Shown here piece by piece: positions 29,227-38,045 of a stretch of 64,000 nt of DNA (positions are counted from its first letter, which is position 1; every line of letters starts with the position of its first letter). The notes under the pieces were generated by a model, which was given only the letters and a program-made list of their open reading frames with translations, did no database searches and was not told where the DNA came from. This DNA is from Candidatus Hydrogenedentota bacterium (lineage in GTDB: Bacteria > Hydrogenedentota > Hydrogenedentia > Hydrogenedentales > CAITNO01): positions 11,220-75,219 of the forward strand of contig JAGPFE010000007.1 in the NCBI GenBank assembly GCA_018056705.1, read 5' to 3'. The position numbers were made by a program, and so were the translations under genes.

Positions 29227-30249
29227 TCAGAATTGCTCCAGGAATCGCAGGTCGTTTTCATAGAGGTGCGCGATGGCGTTGATTCCGTGACGCACCATCG
29301 CGATCCGATCCACGCCCATGCCGAAGGCAAAGCCCGAATACTGCTGGTAATCGTAGCCGACAGCCTCGAACACCTTCGGATGGACCATGCCGCAGCCCAG
29401 CATCTCCAGCCACCGGGTCTTCATGCCACCGCCTTCCCGGTCCGGGGCGGTCCAGAGGATATCCATTTCCGCCGAGGGCTCGGTAAAGGGGAAGAAATGA
29501 GGCCGGAACCGGACCTGGGTCTTCGGTCCGAAATATTCGCGGACGAAGTGGGTCAGGGTGCCTTTCAGGTCGGCGAAGGTAACGTCCCGGTCGACCAGCA
29601 GGCCCTCGATCTGGAAGAACATGGGGCTGTGGGTCGCGTCCCAGTCCACGCGGTACACCCGGCCCGGGGCCACGATGGCCACGGGAGGACGGGTCCGCTC
29701 CATCACGCGGATCTGGACCGGGGAAGTCTGGGTCCGCAATACCACGCCCGGGGTGACGTAAAACGTGTCGTGAGAATCCCGGGCAGGGTGATCCGACGGC
29801 GTGTTCAGGGCGTCGAAGTTGTAGTACTCGGTCTCCACGTCCGGACCCCACGCGACCTTGAACCCCATACCCCGGAACACGTCGACCACCTCGCGGGCGG
29901 TCCGGGCGATCAAGTGGGTCCGTCCGGCGGGAAGGGTCCGGCCCGGAAGCGTCCAGTCAAAGAAGATATCCCTGGCCCGCCGCGCTTCCTCCTGTTCCTC
30001 GAGTTCCGCCTTGCGGCGGTCGATCGCTTCGGTGAGTATTTCCTTGACGCGGTTGGCTACCTTGCCGACTTCGGGACGTTCCTCGGCGGGCAGGCCGGCA
30101 AGGCCCCGCAGGATTTCAGTCAGTTCTCCCTTGCGGCCCAGCAGTGATACCCGCAACGCCTCCAGTTGCCGCGGATCGTCGCAACGTCCGGCTGCTTCCA
30201 GTCCCCGCTGTTCGAGGGCTTCCAGTTTTTCGATCAGAGAAGTGGTCAT
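29227..30249 (-). CDS. pheS: Phenylalanine--tRNA ligase alpha subunit
   Basis: HPARDSHDTFY, FRPHFFPFTEPSAE, GCGMVHP, GFAFGMGVDR class II motifs. Confidence 0.95.
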   Translation of the reverse strand: MTTSLIEKLEALEQRGLEAAGRCDDPRQLEALRVSLLGRKGELTEILRGLAGLPAEERPEVGKVANRVKEILTEAIDRRKAELEEQEEARRARDIFFDWTLPGRTLPAGRTHLIARTAREVVDVFRGMGFKVAWGPDVETEYYNFDALNTPSDHPARDSHDTFYVTPGVVLRTQTSPVQIRVMERTRPPVAIVAPGRVYRVDWDATHSPMFFQIEGLLVDRDVTFADLKGTLTHFVREYFGPKTQVRFRPHFFPFTEPSAEMDILWTAPDREGGGMKTRWLEMLGCGMVHPKVFEAVGYDYQQYSGFAFGMGVDRIAMVRHGINAIAHLYENDLRFLEQF

Positions 30250-30302
30250 GGTTCCATCCGTTATGTTCGGGCGGAGTCACGGGCTCGCCCGTTTATTTCA
30301 CG

Positions 30303-30980
30303 TCAGGCCAGATTCCGTGGAATCGTTTCGAAAAGGGCCCGACCGATCCGCACCATGGTACTGCCTTCTTCAACGGCGATTTCGAAATCATCACTCATGC
30401 CCATCGAGCGTTCCCGCAACCCGTTGGCCTCGGCCAGGTCCCGCAGGGTCCGGAACACGCGCCGCAATACCGTTTCCTCCGCCCCCCACGGGGCCATGGT
30501 CATCAGCCCGTCCACCCGCAGACGGTCCAGCGGTCGGATGGCCCGGAGGGCTCCCTCCAATTCCAGGGGCGCGAAACCGTGTTTGGAAATCTCTCCCGAC
30601 ACGTTGACCTCAACAAGGACCGGTACCGACCGATCCAGTTCCTCGCATCGCCGCTGCAGCGTTTCGGCCGCCGCGATCCGGTCGATGGCGTCAAAGGCAT
30701 CGAACCATCGCAGGGCCTCCGCGGTTTTCCGTCGTTGCAGGGGGCCGATGAGCCGCCAGGTGATGCCCTGCGGGGCTTCCGGTACCACGATCGCGCCCCG
30801 TTCGACCCGGTTTTCGGCCATGTCCCGGACGCCCGTGGCCCATAGTTCCCGGATTTCCGCCGGCCCCACGCTCTTGGTGACCGCCACCAGCCGGACGGCT
30901 TCGCCATTGCGTCCCGCCCGCGCCGCGGCCTGGTGAATCCGTTCCCGTATCCGGGCTACATTGGCGGCAATGTCCGACAT
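30303..30980 (-). CDS. yggS: YggS-family pyridoxal-phosphate homeostasis protein
   Basis: MSDIAANVARIRERI, LVAVTKSV, GENRV-like MAENRV, MGMSDDFEIAVEEGSTMVRIG. ATG at 30980 preferred over the TTG at 30998. Confidence 0.9.
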   Translation of the reverse strand: MSDIAANVARIRERIHQAAARAGRNGEAVRLVAVTKSVGPAEIRELWATGVRDMAENRVERGAIVVPEAPQGITWRLIGPLQRRKTAEALRWFDAFDAIDRIAAAETLQRRCEELDRSVPVLVEVNVSGEISKHGFAPLELEGALRAIRPLDRLRVDGLMTMAPWGAEETVLRRVFRTLRDLAEANGLRERSMGMSDDFEIAVEEGSTMVRIGRALFETIPRNLA

Positions 30981-31184
30981 GAGCAGTGTATACCCCAACC
31001 GACCAGCGGACTTTTGGGAATTCTCCTTGCGACGGGGAAACCGCAGAAATCATAGTCCTATCTGGCCTTCCACTGCAAATGCTTAGTGTAAAACATAATT
31101 ATGTTTTTTATTTACCATACATGTACATTGAAAAAAAGATTCATTCAAGTGGTATCATTTGAAAAAACCAATGGGGGAACGCAG

Positions 31185-32219
31185 ATGTTTACACGAATCG
31201 CGCGCGTGGTAATGGGGGTCTGTCTGTTCGCGTTACCGGGGTTCGCCGGGGAGGAGGCCATGATTTACCCGACGCTTCCGGGAACCACCCTGCGGGATTA
31301 CTCCAAACCAGGCATACGGGTGGAACGGGACAGCCTGGGCAATGAATACGCTTATCCGACCCTGCCCGGAAGCAGTCTGCGGGATTATTCCCAGCCAGGA
31401 ACCCGGGTGGAACGAGATTATTCCGGTAACGCCGTGATTCAACCGACCCTTCCCGGGAGTAGTCTTCGGGACTATTCGAGACCCGGGGTCAAGGTGGAAC
31501 GGGACAGCTTGGGCAATGAATACGCTTATCCGACCCTGCCCGGAAGCAGCCTGCGGGATTATTCCCAGCCAGGAACCCGGGTGGAACGAGATTATTCCGG
31601 TAACGCCGTAATTCAACCGACCCTTCCCGGGAGTAGTCTTCGGGACTATTCGAAACCCGGGGTCAAGGTGGAACGGGACAGCCAGGGCAATGAATACGCT
31701 TATCCGACCCTGCCTGGTTCCAACCTGCGGGATTATTCACAACCGGGTATTAAAGTTGAGCGGAATGCCACGCGGGATGACTCCATATCCCGCCCCTTTT
31801 CCGATGTGGGACTTCAAAATCCCCTGGATCCCCGAAGCAGGTCGGGAAGCGGTTCCACCGATGAGGATCCATCGCAAAGGCCGCTTTCAGGATGGAACGG
31901 ATCATACGGGGTACTGCCGGATTCCAATCTGAACCTTGACGTAAGGCGAAGGAGTGAGAACAAATTCGAGGTGCACGATCGGGAGACGGGTAACTCTTAC
32001 GAGGTCACAACCCGTGGAAACCGGGCGGAAGTGTATGACGTGAATTCCGGCCAGTATCTGAACCTTGACGTAAGGCGAAGGAGTGAGAACAAGATCGAGG
32101 TGCACGATCGGGAGACGGGCGACTTTTACGAGGTTACAATACGTGGAAACCGGGCGGACGTGTATGACGTGAATTCCGGCCAGTCTTATTCCGTACCCCT
32201 GCCCCAAAACTACCGTTAG
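31185..32219 (+). CDS. Secreted tandem-repeat protein of unknown function
   Basis: Signal-like MFTRIARVVMGVCLFALPGFAGEEA. Then six 29-aa repeats (PTLPGSSLRDYSxPGxxVERDxxGNxxxx), a Ser/Asp/Pro-rich linker, and two 43-aa repeats. ATG at 31185 preceded by GGGGGA, inside track ORF 31101..32219. Confidence 0.8.
   Translation: MFTRIARVVMGVCLFALPGFAGEEAMIYPTLPGTTLRDYSKPGIRVERDSLGNEYAYPTLPGSSLRDYSQPGTRVERDYSGNAVIQPTLPGSSLRDYSRPGVKVERDSLGNEYAYPTLPGSSLRDYSQPGTRVERDYSGNAVIQPTLPGSSLRDYSKPGVKVERDSQGNEYAYPTLPGSNLRDYSQPGIKVERNATRDDSISRPFSDVGLQNPLDPRSRSGSGSTDEDPSQRPLSGWNGSYGVLPDSNLNLDVRRRSENKFEVHDRETGNSYEVTTRGNRAEVYDVNSGQYLNLDVRRRSENKIEVHDRETGDFYEVTIRGNRADVYDVNSGQSYSVPLPQNYR
31269..31790 (+). repeat. Six tandem 87-nt (29-codon) repeats. 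Units 2+3 and 4+5 form a near-identical 174-nt super-repeat.
   Basis: Unit starts (CCG ACC CTx CCx GG) at 31269, 31356, 31443, 31530, 31617 and 31704. 31356-31529 and 31530-31703 differ at only a handful of bases by eye. Confidence 0.9.
31929..32186 (+). repeat. Two tandem 129-nt (43-codon) repeats in the C-terminal part of the repeat protein
   Basis: LNLDVRRRSENKFEVHDRETGNSYEVTTRGNRAEVYDVNSGQY versus LNLDVRRRSENKIEVHDRETGDFYEVTIRGNRADVYDVNSGQS. Units start at 31929 and 32058. Confidence 0.9.
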
Positions 32220-32243
32220 CAAGATCAGGACGCGGGCAGTCGT

Positions 32244-32819
32244 TCAATCGTCGGCAAAGCCGGCTGCCAGGGTTTCCAGCCGGTTCAGTTCCTGGTGGTA
32301 TTCTTCCAGGATGAGATGGTTCCAGCCGTCATGGAGAACGGCATACACGGCCCGGTAGTACCAGAGAGTTCCGCCGCGGCCACCGCGGAAATGATCCCAC
32401 AGGGCAGCCCCCTCGGTCTGCAGGCCACGGATTATCGCCCGCATGTTATGGATTTTATCGGCGGCGGCGATGAGTCGCGTTTCCGGTGGGACGGCACGCA
32501 GGGCGCGCAGGTAGTTCTCTTTCCGTTCGCGCCAGGGCGGTTTGGGAGATTCCAGGGTATCGCTGAGGGCGGCGACATGATTGGCAACGGCGTTACCGAA
32601 TTCCGATCGGATCCGTTCGAGCGTTTCGTGTCCACCCTGGTCCTCCACGGCATCGTGCAGGAGGGCGGCGATGATAGCGTCCTCCGATCCGCCATGCTCC
32701 GCCACCATGGCCGCTACCGCCCACAGGTGCGCGCAGTACGGGATATTGCCCGGACCCTTTCGGCGTTGCCCGGCGTGGAGACGCATGGCCCAGGTTGTCG
32801 CGTGAATCAGCCGTTCCAA
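32244..32819 (-). CDS. HD-domain protein of the RelA/SpoT hydrolase type (small alarmone hydrolase-like)
   Basis: AMRLHAGQRRKGPGNIPYCAHLWAVAAMV...AALLHDAVEDQGG. The track start at 32951 overlaps the upstream gene out of frame. An in-frame TTG at 32819, just after the upstream stop, is more plausible. Confidence 0.75.
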   Translation of the reverse strand: MERLIHATTWAMRLHAGQRRKGPGNIPYCAHLWAVAAMVAEHGGSEDAIIAALLHDAVEDQGGHETLERIRSEFGNAVANHVAALSDTLESPKPPWRERKENYLRALRAVPPETRLIAAADKIHNMRAIIRGLQTEGAALWDHFRGGRGGTLWYYRAVYAVLHDGWNHLILEEYHQELNRLETLAAGFADD

Positions 32820-32823
32820 GGGT

Positions 32824-33687
32824 TCAGTTCCGCGCGGCCCCGGAATTGTCCCGTTGCCGGAGCAGGGCAATGAGGGATTCCGGATCGTCGGTCTGGATGC
32901 CATCCACCCCCATGGCCAGCAGGGCAGGCCAGGAATCCGGACCACCGTCATCCACGAAGACCATTACGCCCGCCGCGTGACAGGCCGCTACCATTTCGGG
33001 GGTGACTGTTTTCGCGTCCGTGGCGATGACCGGCGGTGGATTATCTTTCAGCAACCGGTCCAGGCCTCTGGGCGAGAGTGGGTCGGGCATGGGGTGGCAC
33101 TCCGGGCAGCAGTCTCTTAATGCCCGTAACGGTCCGGGCCCGGCATACCACACGCAGCGCTTTTCCAGGTCATGTCGACGCAGCGCTTCCGCCACCACGC
33201 AGGGATCCGCCGCCTTGAGATCGATGTATATACCGATTTTGCCTTCGCACAGCGCCAGGATTTCTTCGAGTTCGGGAATCCGCTCGGTTTTCCATTCCGG
33301 CCCGACGCGGCTGCCAATATCCAGGGTTTTCAACTGCTCGAGGGTGAGAGCCGAAACCGGTCCCTTGGCGTCCTGGGTATAGGCGTCCACGGTGGCGTTG
33401 TGCGCGCTGACGATATGGCCGTCGGCGGTAGTCCGCAGATCGACCTCAACGAAGTCACATCCCAACTCGATGGCCCGGCGGTACGCGGCAAGGGTATTTT
33501 CTGGGATATCACGATGGGACCCGCGATGCGCGATAACGTACACGCCGCCCTGCCGGGGGGCGGGCAGGGGAGATGATACGTTTTTCGTCTGACCGGCGAG
33601 CGTTCCGGACGGGGCATCCGCCCACGTGACCAGTCCCAGGGTTGCCACGCAAAGTATCGGCAACAGGTAAATTACTCGGGGGGTCAT
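32824..33687 (-). CDS. Glycerophosphodiester phosphodiesterase with signal peptide
   Basis: [44 protein letters not shown]-terminal [20 protein letters not shown]. Confidence 0.9.
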   Translation of the reverse strand: MTPRVIYLLPILCVATLGLVTWADAPSGTLAGQTKNVSSPLPAPRQGGVYVIAHRGSHRDIPENTLAAYRRAIELGCDFVEVDLRTTADGHIVSAHNATVDAYTQDAKGPVSALTLEQLKTLDIGSRVGPEWKTERIPELEEILALCEGKIGIYIDLKAADPCVVAEALRRHDLEKRCVWYAGPGPLRALRDCCPECHPMPDPLSPRGLDRLLKDNPPPVIATDAKTVTPEMVAACHAAGVMVFVDDGGPDSWPALLAMGVDGIQTDDPESLIALLRQRDNSGAARN

Positions 33688-34253
33688 TTTGCGGTTTGCT
33701 CCCGGATGAGTTGCAGGAATTCGTGCCGGGTTATGGGATCGTCATGAAAGCTGCCCAGCACGGACGAGGTCGTCATAACCGAGTTCTGCTTTTCCACTCC
33801 CCGCATCATCATGCACAGGTGGCGGCACTCCAGCACCACGCCCACGCCTTCGGCCTGGGTATGATCCATGATGGCCCGGGCGATCTGGGCCGTCAGCCGC
33901 TCCTGGATCTGCAGCCTGCGGGCGTAAAAATCGACGATCCGGGCCAGCTTGCTCAGGCCGATTACCTTTTTCCGGGCGATGTACCCGACATGCGCCTTGC
34001 CGAAGAAAGGCAGGATATGGTGTTCGCACAGGCTGTAGAGCTCGATATCCCGGCAAATGATCATGTTGTTGGACTCGGACTGGAAAATGGCGTTGTTGAT
34101 GATATGGTCCAGGTTTTTCGTGTAGCCCGAGGTGAGGAACTGCAAGGCCCGCGCGTACCGTTCCGGTGTTTTTCGTAATCCTTCGCGGTCCGGGTCTTCC
34201 CCGATTTCGATAAGTAACTGGCGGACCAGGTCACTGACTCGTTCCAGGTTCAT
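33684..34253 (-). CDS. folE: GTP cyclohydrolase I
   Basis: [55 protein letters not shown]. Confidence 0.95.
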   Translation of the reverse strand: MNLERVSDLVRQLLIEIGEDPDREGLRKTPERYARALQFLTSGYTKNLDHIINNAIFQSESNNMIICRDIELYSLCEHHILPFFGKAHVGYIARKKVIGLSKLARIVDFYARRLQIQERLTAQIARAIMDHTQAEGVGVVLECRHLCMMMRGVEKQNSVMTTSSVLGSFHDDPITRHEFLQLIREQTAK

Positions 34254-34761
34254 GGGTAATTATCTCCTCGATGGTTCGCGTGAGGGGAACATCCACAGGG
34301 TACGCTTTCAGTGCGGCACAATCAAACCGGTTCGAAAGTAAACCAATGCCTGGTAATGTATATTCTGGATCGATGCTGAGTACCGCCGCGGCCAGAAACG
34401 GTCGCTCCAGCAGGTCTGGATCGGGCAGCCGCAGTCCGGATTCGTTCAAAATGATACCGCCCCAGTCAAGCAGGTCCAGGTCGACCGTCCGCGCGGCGTA
34501 GGCATCCTCTCCGCGGACTCGGCCGCATTCAGCCTCGATGACCCGCAACACGTCGAACTTGAGCGCGCGGGGTTGAAGCTCCGACTGGCAACGGAGCACG
34601 CCGTTTCGGTAATCGGGCTGGCCGCTCCGCCGCAGGGGCGGCGTGATAAAAAAGGGCGAGGTGGCCTCTACCCGCGCGAAATCCCCCAGGCGGCGTACCG
34701 CGATGGGTAACCAGCGAAGCGGGTCGATATTACCCGATACGGCAATGAGACAGGAGGTCAT
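34231..34761 (-). CDS. folK: 2-amino-4-hydroxy-6-hydroxymethyldihydropteridine diphosphokinase (HPPK)
   Basis: IAVSGNI..., [31 protein letters not shown]. Confidence 0.9.
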   Translation of the reverse strand: MTSCLIAVSGNIDPLRWLPIAVRRLGDFARVEATSPFFITPPLRRSGQPDYRNGVLRCQSELQPRALKFDVLRVIEAECGRVRGEDAYAARTVDLDLLDWGGIILNESGLRLPDPDLLERPFLAAAVLSIDPEYTLPGIGLLSNRFDCAALKAYPVDVPLTRTIEEIITHEPGTSQ

Positions 34762-34770
34762 GGCGTGTGC

Positions 34771-35163
34771 TCACGGCGCGCCTGCCGTCCGGCTCCGCGA
34801 AATTTCCACCGCGACGCTGCGGGCAAAGCGGAGCGCGCCTGGCTTGTCAATCGTTACATCCACCCGTTCCACGCCGTCGAAGGCCAGGCAGCAGTCCGCG
34901 ACCGCCTGCGCCAGCCGTTCGACGAGGTAAAACGCGCTGTTTTCCACGAGGGCTACCACGGCCTTTTTCACCCGCTTGTAATCGATGGTGTCGGCGATGT
35001 CATCAGACTGGCAGGCCTTGGACAGGTCGGCGTGCAGGGTAATGTTGAGGATGACATCCTGGAGGTTTTCCCGTTCTTCGGGGTATATACCCACGACGCA
35101 CCGCAACATGAGATCCCGGATGTGTACCCGGTCCAGGGAGCGGTCGGCGGCGAGATCACTCAT
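34771..35163 (-). CDS. folB: Dihydroneopterin aldolase
   Basis: IRDLMLRCVVGIYPEERENLQDVILNITL...DTIDYKRV...LVERLA. Confidence 0.9.
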   Translation of the reverse strand: MSDLAADRSLDRVHIRDLMLRCVVGIYPEERENLQDVILNITLHADLSKACQSDDIADTIDYKRVKKAVVALVENSAFYLVERLAQAVADCCLAFDGVERVDVTIDKPGALRFARSVAVEISRSRTAGAP

Positions 35164-35908
35164 ACACGTGTCCTTTCATGTGGCGTCCACCGTCGATGTA
35201 AAGGGTCTGACCTGTCACGAACCGGGCCCGTACCAGGTAAAGTACCGCGTCCACCACGTCTTCGGGTCCGCCCCAGGTCAGCAGCGGCGTGGAAGGCGCC
35301 AGCGCGGCAAGGTAGGATTCATCCTTCCCTTCAGGGGGGAGCACCAGGCCAGGGGCGACCGCGTTGACCCGGATGCGGGGCGCGAATTCCAGGGCCATGA
35401 TCCGCGTCAGCGTGGCGAGCAGGCGTTTACTCAGGTGATACGGAACGTGAGTATGATCGTAATCGAGAGCCCGGGTATCGAGCAGGTTGATGATGACGCC
35501 GTCGTCGCAGGTCTCAGCCATGGCCCGGCTGGCTTCAAGGGGCGCGAAGGTATTGACCCGCAAGTTCCGCTCGATGTCATCCAGGGTCGTCGTGGCGAAG
35601 GTCTGCTCGTGAAAAATACTGGCGTTATTGATGAGGATACTGACCGGGCCCATGGCTTCCGACACGCGCCGCATCAGCTCTCGGGCGGAAGCGGGCCGAT
35701 CGAAATCCGCCTTAAAAATTTCACAGCATCCGCCGGAGTCCCGAACGGCCCGGGCGACCTCTTCCGCGGCCTGGGACGAAGTGGCGTGGTGAATGGCCAC
35801 GCGCGCGCCCTGTCGCGCCAGGTTTAACGCGATGGCCCGGCCAAGACGCTTTGCCGCTCCCGTCACAAGAGCCACGCGTCCGGTAAGGGACCAGCGATGA
35901 TCCGCCAT
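35156..35908 (-). CDS. Short-chain dehydrogenase/reductase, pteridine-reductase/FolM-like by context
   Basis: GRVALVTGAAKRLGRAIALNLARQGARVAIHH; YHLSK (YxxxK) active-site motif. ATG at 35908 begins just after the htrA stop; the track start at 35974 overlaps htrA. Confidence 0.8.
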   Translation of the reverse strand: MADHRWSLTGRVALVTGAAKRLGRAIALNLARQGARVAIHHATSSQAAEEVARAVRDSGGCCEIFKADFDRPASARELMRRVSEAMGPVSILINNASIFHEQTFATTTLDDIERNLRVNTFAPLEASRAMAETCDDGVIINLLDTRALDYDHTHVPYHLSKRLLATLTRIMALEFAPRIRVNAVAPGLVLPPEGKDESYLAALAPSTPLLTWGGPEDVVDAVLYLVRARFVTGQTLYIDGGRHMKGHVYE

Positions 35909-35912
35909 ATTT

Positions 35913-38027
35913 TCAAGGTGTTCGGGAAGCATGATTTCGCGTTTCCTGGTGACTTTCCTCCCACTTTGGTTCAATCTCCACGAAGCGGGTGCGTACGCCC
36001 CGGCGGATTTTTAAAACCATCCGGGGATTCTGGGCTGTTTTCGCGGCTGCGACCCGGGTTTCGTAGTCGGACACGTTATTAATGGCAACGCCGTCAATTT
36101 CCATGATCAGGTCGCCGGCGCGTAGTCCGCCAAGGTCAGCCCATCCCCCGCTGGTGACCATTTCCGTGACCACGCCGGTAAACTGGTCCTCCAGTTTACG
36201 CGTGGCACGATCCCGGAAGGCCATGTCCCGGACAACCAGTTCCAGGGCATCATCGCGGAAACGTTTCATTTCCCGCTCGGAAGGAGGGGCCGGTTCCAGG
36301 GTTACCGGGATTACCCGGGCTTCACCGTCGCGCAGGATCCGCAGGGACACGCTGGCGTCCGGCGCGTACTGGCGAATCAGCACGGCGAGTTCTTCGGCCT
36401 CTTCCTGGCGGGAGGCGGTAAGGGGCATCTCGTCCACGGCCACGATCAGGTCCCCGGTTTTCAATCCCGCCCGGTCTCCGGGGCCTCCCTTCAGGACATT
36501 GGTGATCCGGAAACCACGCAGGTCGGGGTTGCCGAGCATCCGCGCGATTTCCCGGGTAATGACCTGCGTGTCCACCGCCAGCCAGGGCTTACGGGCTTCC
36601 GCGGCCGGGGCCACGATCGACGGTTTTCCCAGGGAGACGACCGTAACCAGCCGCTCGTTACGCCGCTCAAAGGTCACGAGCACGGGCACGCGGTTTTCCG
36701 TGGCGTTTTCCAGCAGGGTATTCGTCGCCTGGCGCAGGGCCTCGATGTTCGGAATGGGTGTATCGCCGACGGCCACGATGACGTCGTCGGGCTGCAGTCC
36801 CGGCTTGGCCTCTGCCGCGGGCCCCCCCGTGCGCGTGGAGGTGACAAGAACGCCGTCCGTGGTATCCCGATTCATTTCCCTGGCTTTCAGGAAGGACAGG
36901 TCGCGTCCCGTGATGCCCCACGCGGTCAGTTCTTTCTCCCGGGGTTCATAGGGTTCCCGGATCGTGGGGGTCACCTCGAGTGTCAACGCATTGCCTTCGC
37001 GCCGAACTACGGCCTTCACGGGTTTTCCGGGTGTGAGGGCAGCTTCGTGGCGTTTGAACTCGGGAATCTGCACGTCGAACTGGATATCCACGGGCTGCCC
37101 GTCCAGGGACAGCAGCAGGTCTCCGGGTCGGAATCCTGCCTGGTCCGCGGGGCCGCCGGATATTACCCCGGCCACCAGGGCCCCCGTTGTGTCGGGATCG
37201 GATTTCAGGCGTTCCTGGATGTCAAGTCCCAGCCATGCCCGGGTTACCGAGCCGTCCTTGAGCAGGGCCTCCGCCACCTGGCGGACCAGGGAGGATGGAA
37301 TGGCTCCGCCGAGTCCCAGTTGAATCTCGTTGATGCCGATCACCTCGCCAGCCAGGTTGACCAGCGCCCCCCCGGAGTTTCCCGGAAAAATTTCCGCGTC
37401 ATGCCCGATCCAGACCACCAGTTCCCCCGGGTCTTCACCTTCCTGGCGCAGCCGGCCGGCCATGAAGAACGGCAGGGTCATGCGGGGATTGCTGACGATA
37501 CCCGCCGTGACGGACTGCGATAGGGCCAGTGGACTGCCCATGGCCAGCACGCGGTCTCCCGTGCGGATGGCGTCGGAATCCCCGAAAGGCGCCACGGGAA
37601 AACTCCGCGGCGCCGTGTCGGGCGGCGTGATGATCCGGATCACCGCGATATCGCTTAACGGGTCGGACCCCACCAGTTCCGCGTCGTACTCTTCCCGGTT
37701 CCAGAAGGTGACCCGCAGATGCCGGGCGCGCCCCGCCACGTGGTGATTCGTGACAATGGCCCCGTCCTCGCGGATGACCACGCCGCTGCCAAAACCGCGG
37801 GATTTCTGTTCACGGCCGTCGCTGTAATCCGTTTCCACCACGCTGATCCGCACCAGGGCCGGTCCGATCCGGTCTACCACCCGCCGGATCTGCTCCACTT
37901 CCGAGTCGGGCAGGGCGGCAATGGATTCATGCGGGGGCGTTTCGAGGGGGGACGGCGGAGCGTCCGCCACGGCGACCATCGCGGCCGCGACGCAGACAAG
38001 AAACAGCAGGCGGATCCAAGTTCCCAT
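35913..38027 (-). CDS. HtrA/DegP-family serine protease with four PDZ-like domains
   Basis: Signal LFLVCVAAAMVAVADA. Trypsin fold with TNHHV, D..AV.R and GNSGGALVN. Then four GGPA/GGPG/GGWA...GD.I carboxylate-loop PDZ signatures. Confidence 0.9.
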   Translation of the reverse strand: MGTWIRLLFLVCVAAAMVAVADAPPSPLETPPHESIAALPDSEVEQIRRVVDRIGPALVRISVVETDYSDGREQKSRGFGSGVVIREDGAIVTNHHVAGRARHLRVTFWNREEYDAELVGSDPLSDIAVIRIITPPDTAPRSFPVAPFGDSDAIRTGDRVLAMGSPLALSQSVTAGIVSNPRMTLPFFMAGRLRQEGEDPGELVVWIGHDAEIFPGNSGGALVNLAGEVIGINEIQLGLGGAIPSSLVRQVAEALLKDGSVTRAWLGLDIQERLKSDPDTTGALVAGVISGGPADQAGFRPGDLLLSLDGQPVDIQFDVQIPEFKRHEAALTPGKPVKAVVRREGNALTLEVTPTIREPYEPREKELTAWGITGRDLSFLKAREMNRDTTDGVLVTSTRTGGPAAEAKPGLQPDDVIVAVGDTPIPNIEALRQATNTLLENATENRVPVLVTFERRNERLVTVVSLGKPSIVAPAAEARKPWLAVDTQVITREIARMLGNPDLRGFRITNVLKGGPGDRAGLKTGDLIVAVDEMPLTASRQEEAEELAVLIRQYAPDASVSLRILRDGEARVIPVTLEPAPPSEREMKRFRDDALELVVRDMAFRDRATRKLEDQFTGVVTEMVTSGGWADLGGLRAGDLIMEIDGVAINNVSDYETRVAAAKTAQNPRMVLKIRRGVRTRFVEIEPKWEESHQETRNHASRTP

Positions 38028-38045
38028 GACAGGGCCTTTCTGGTT

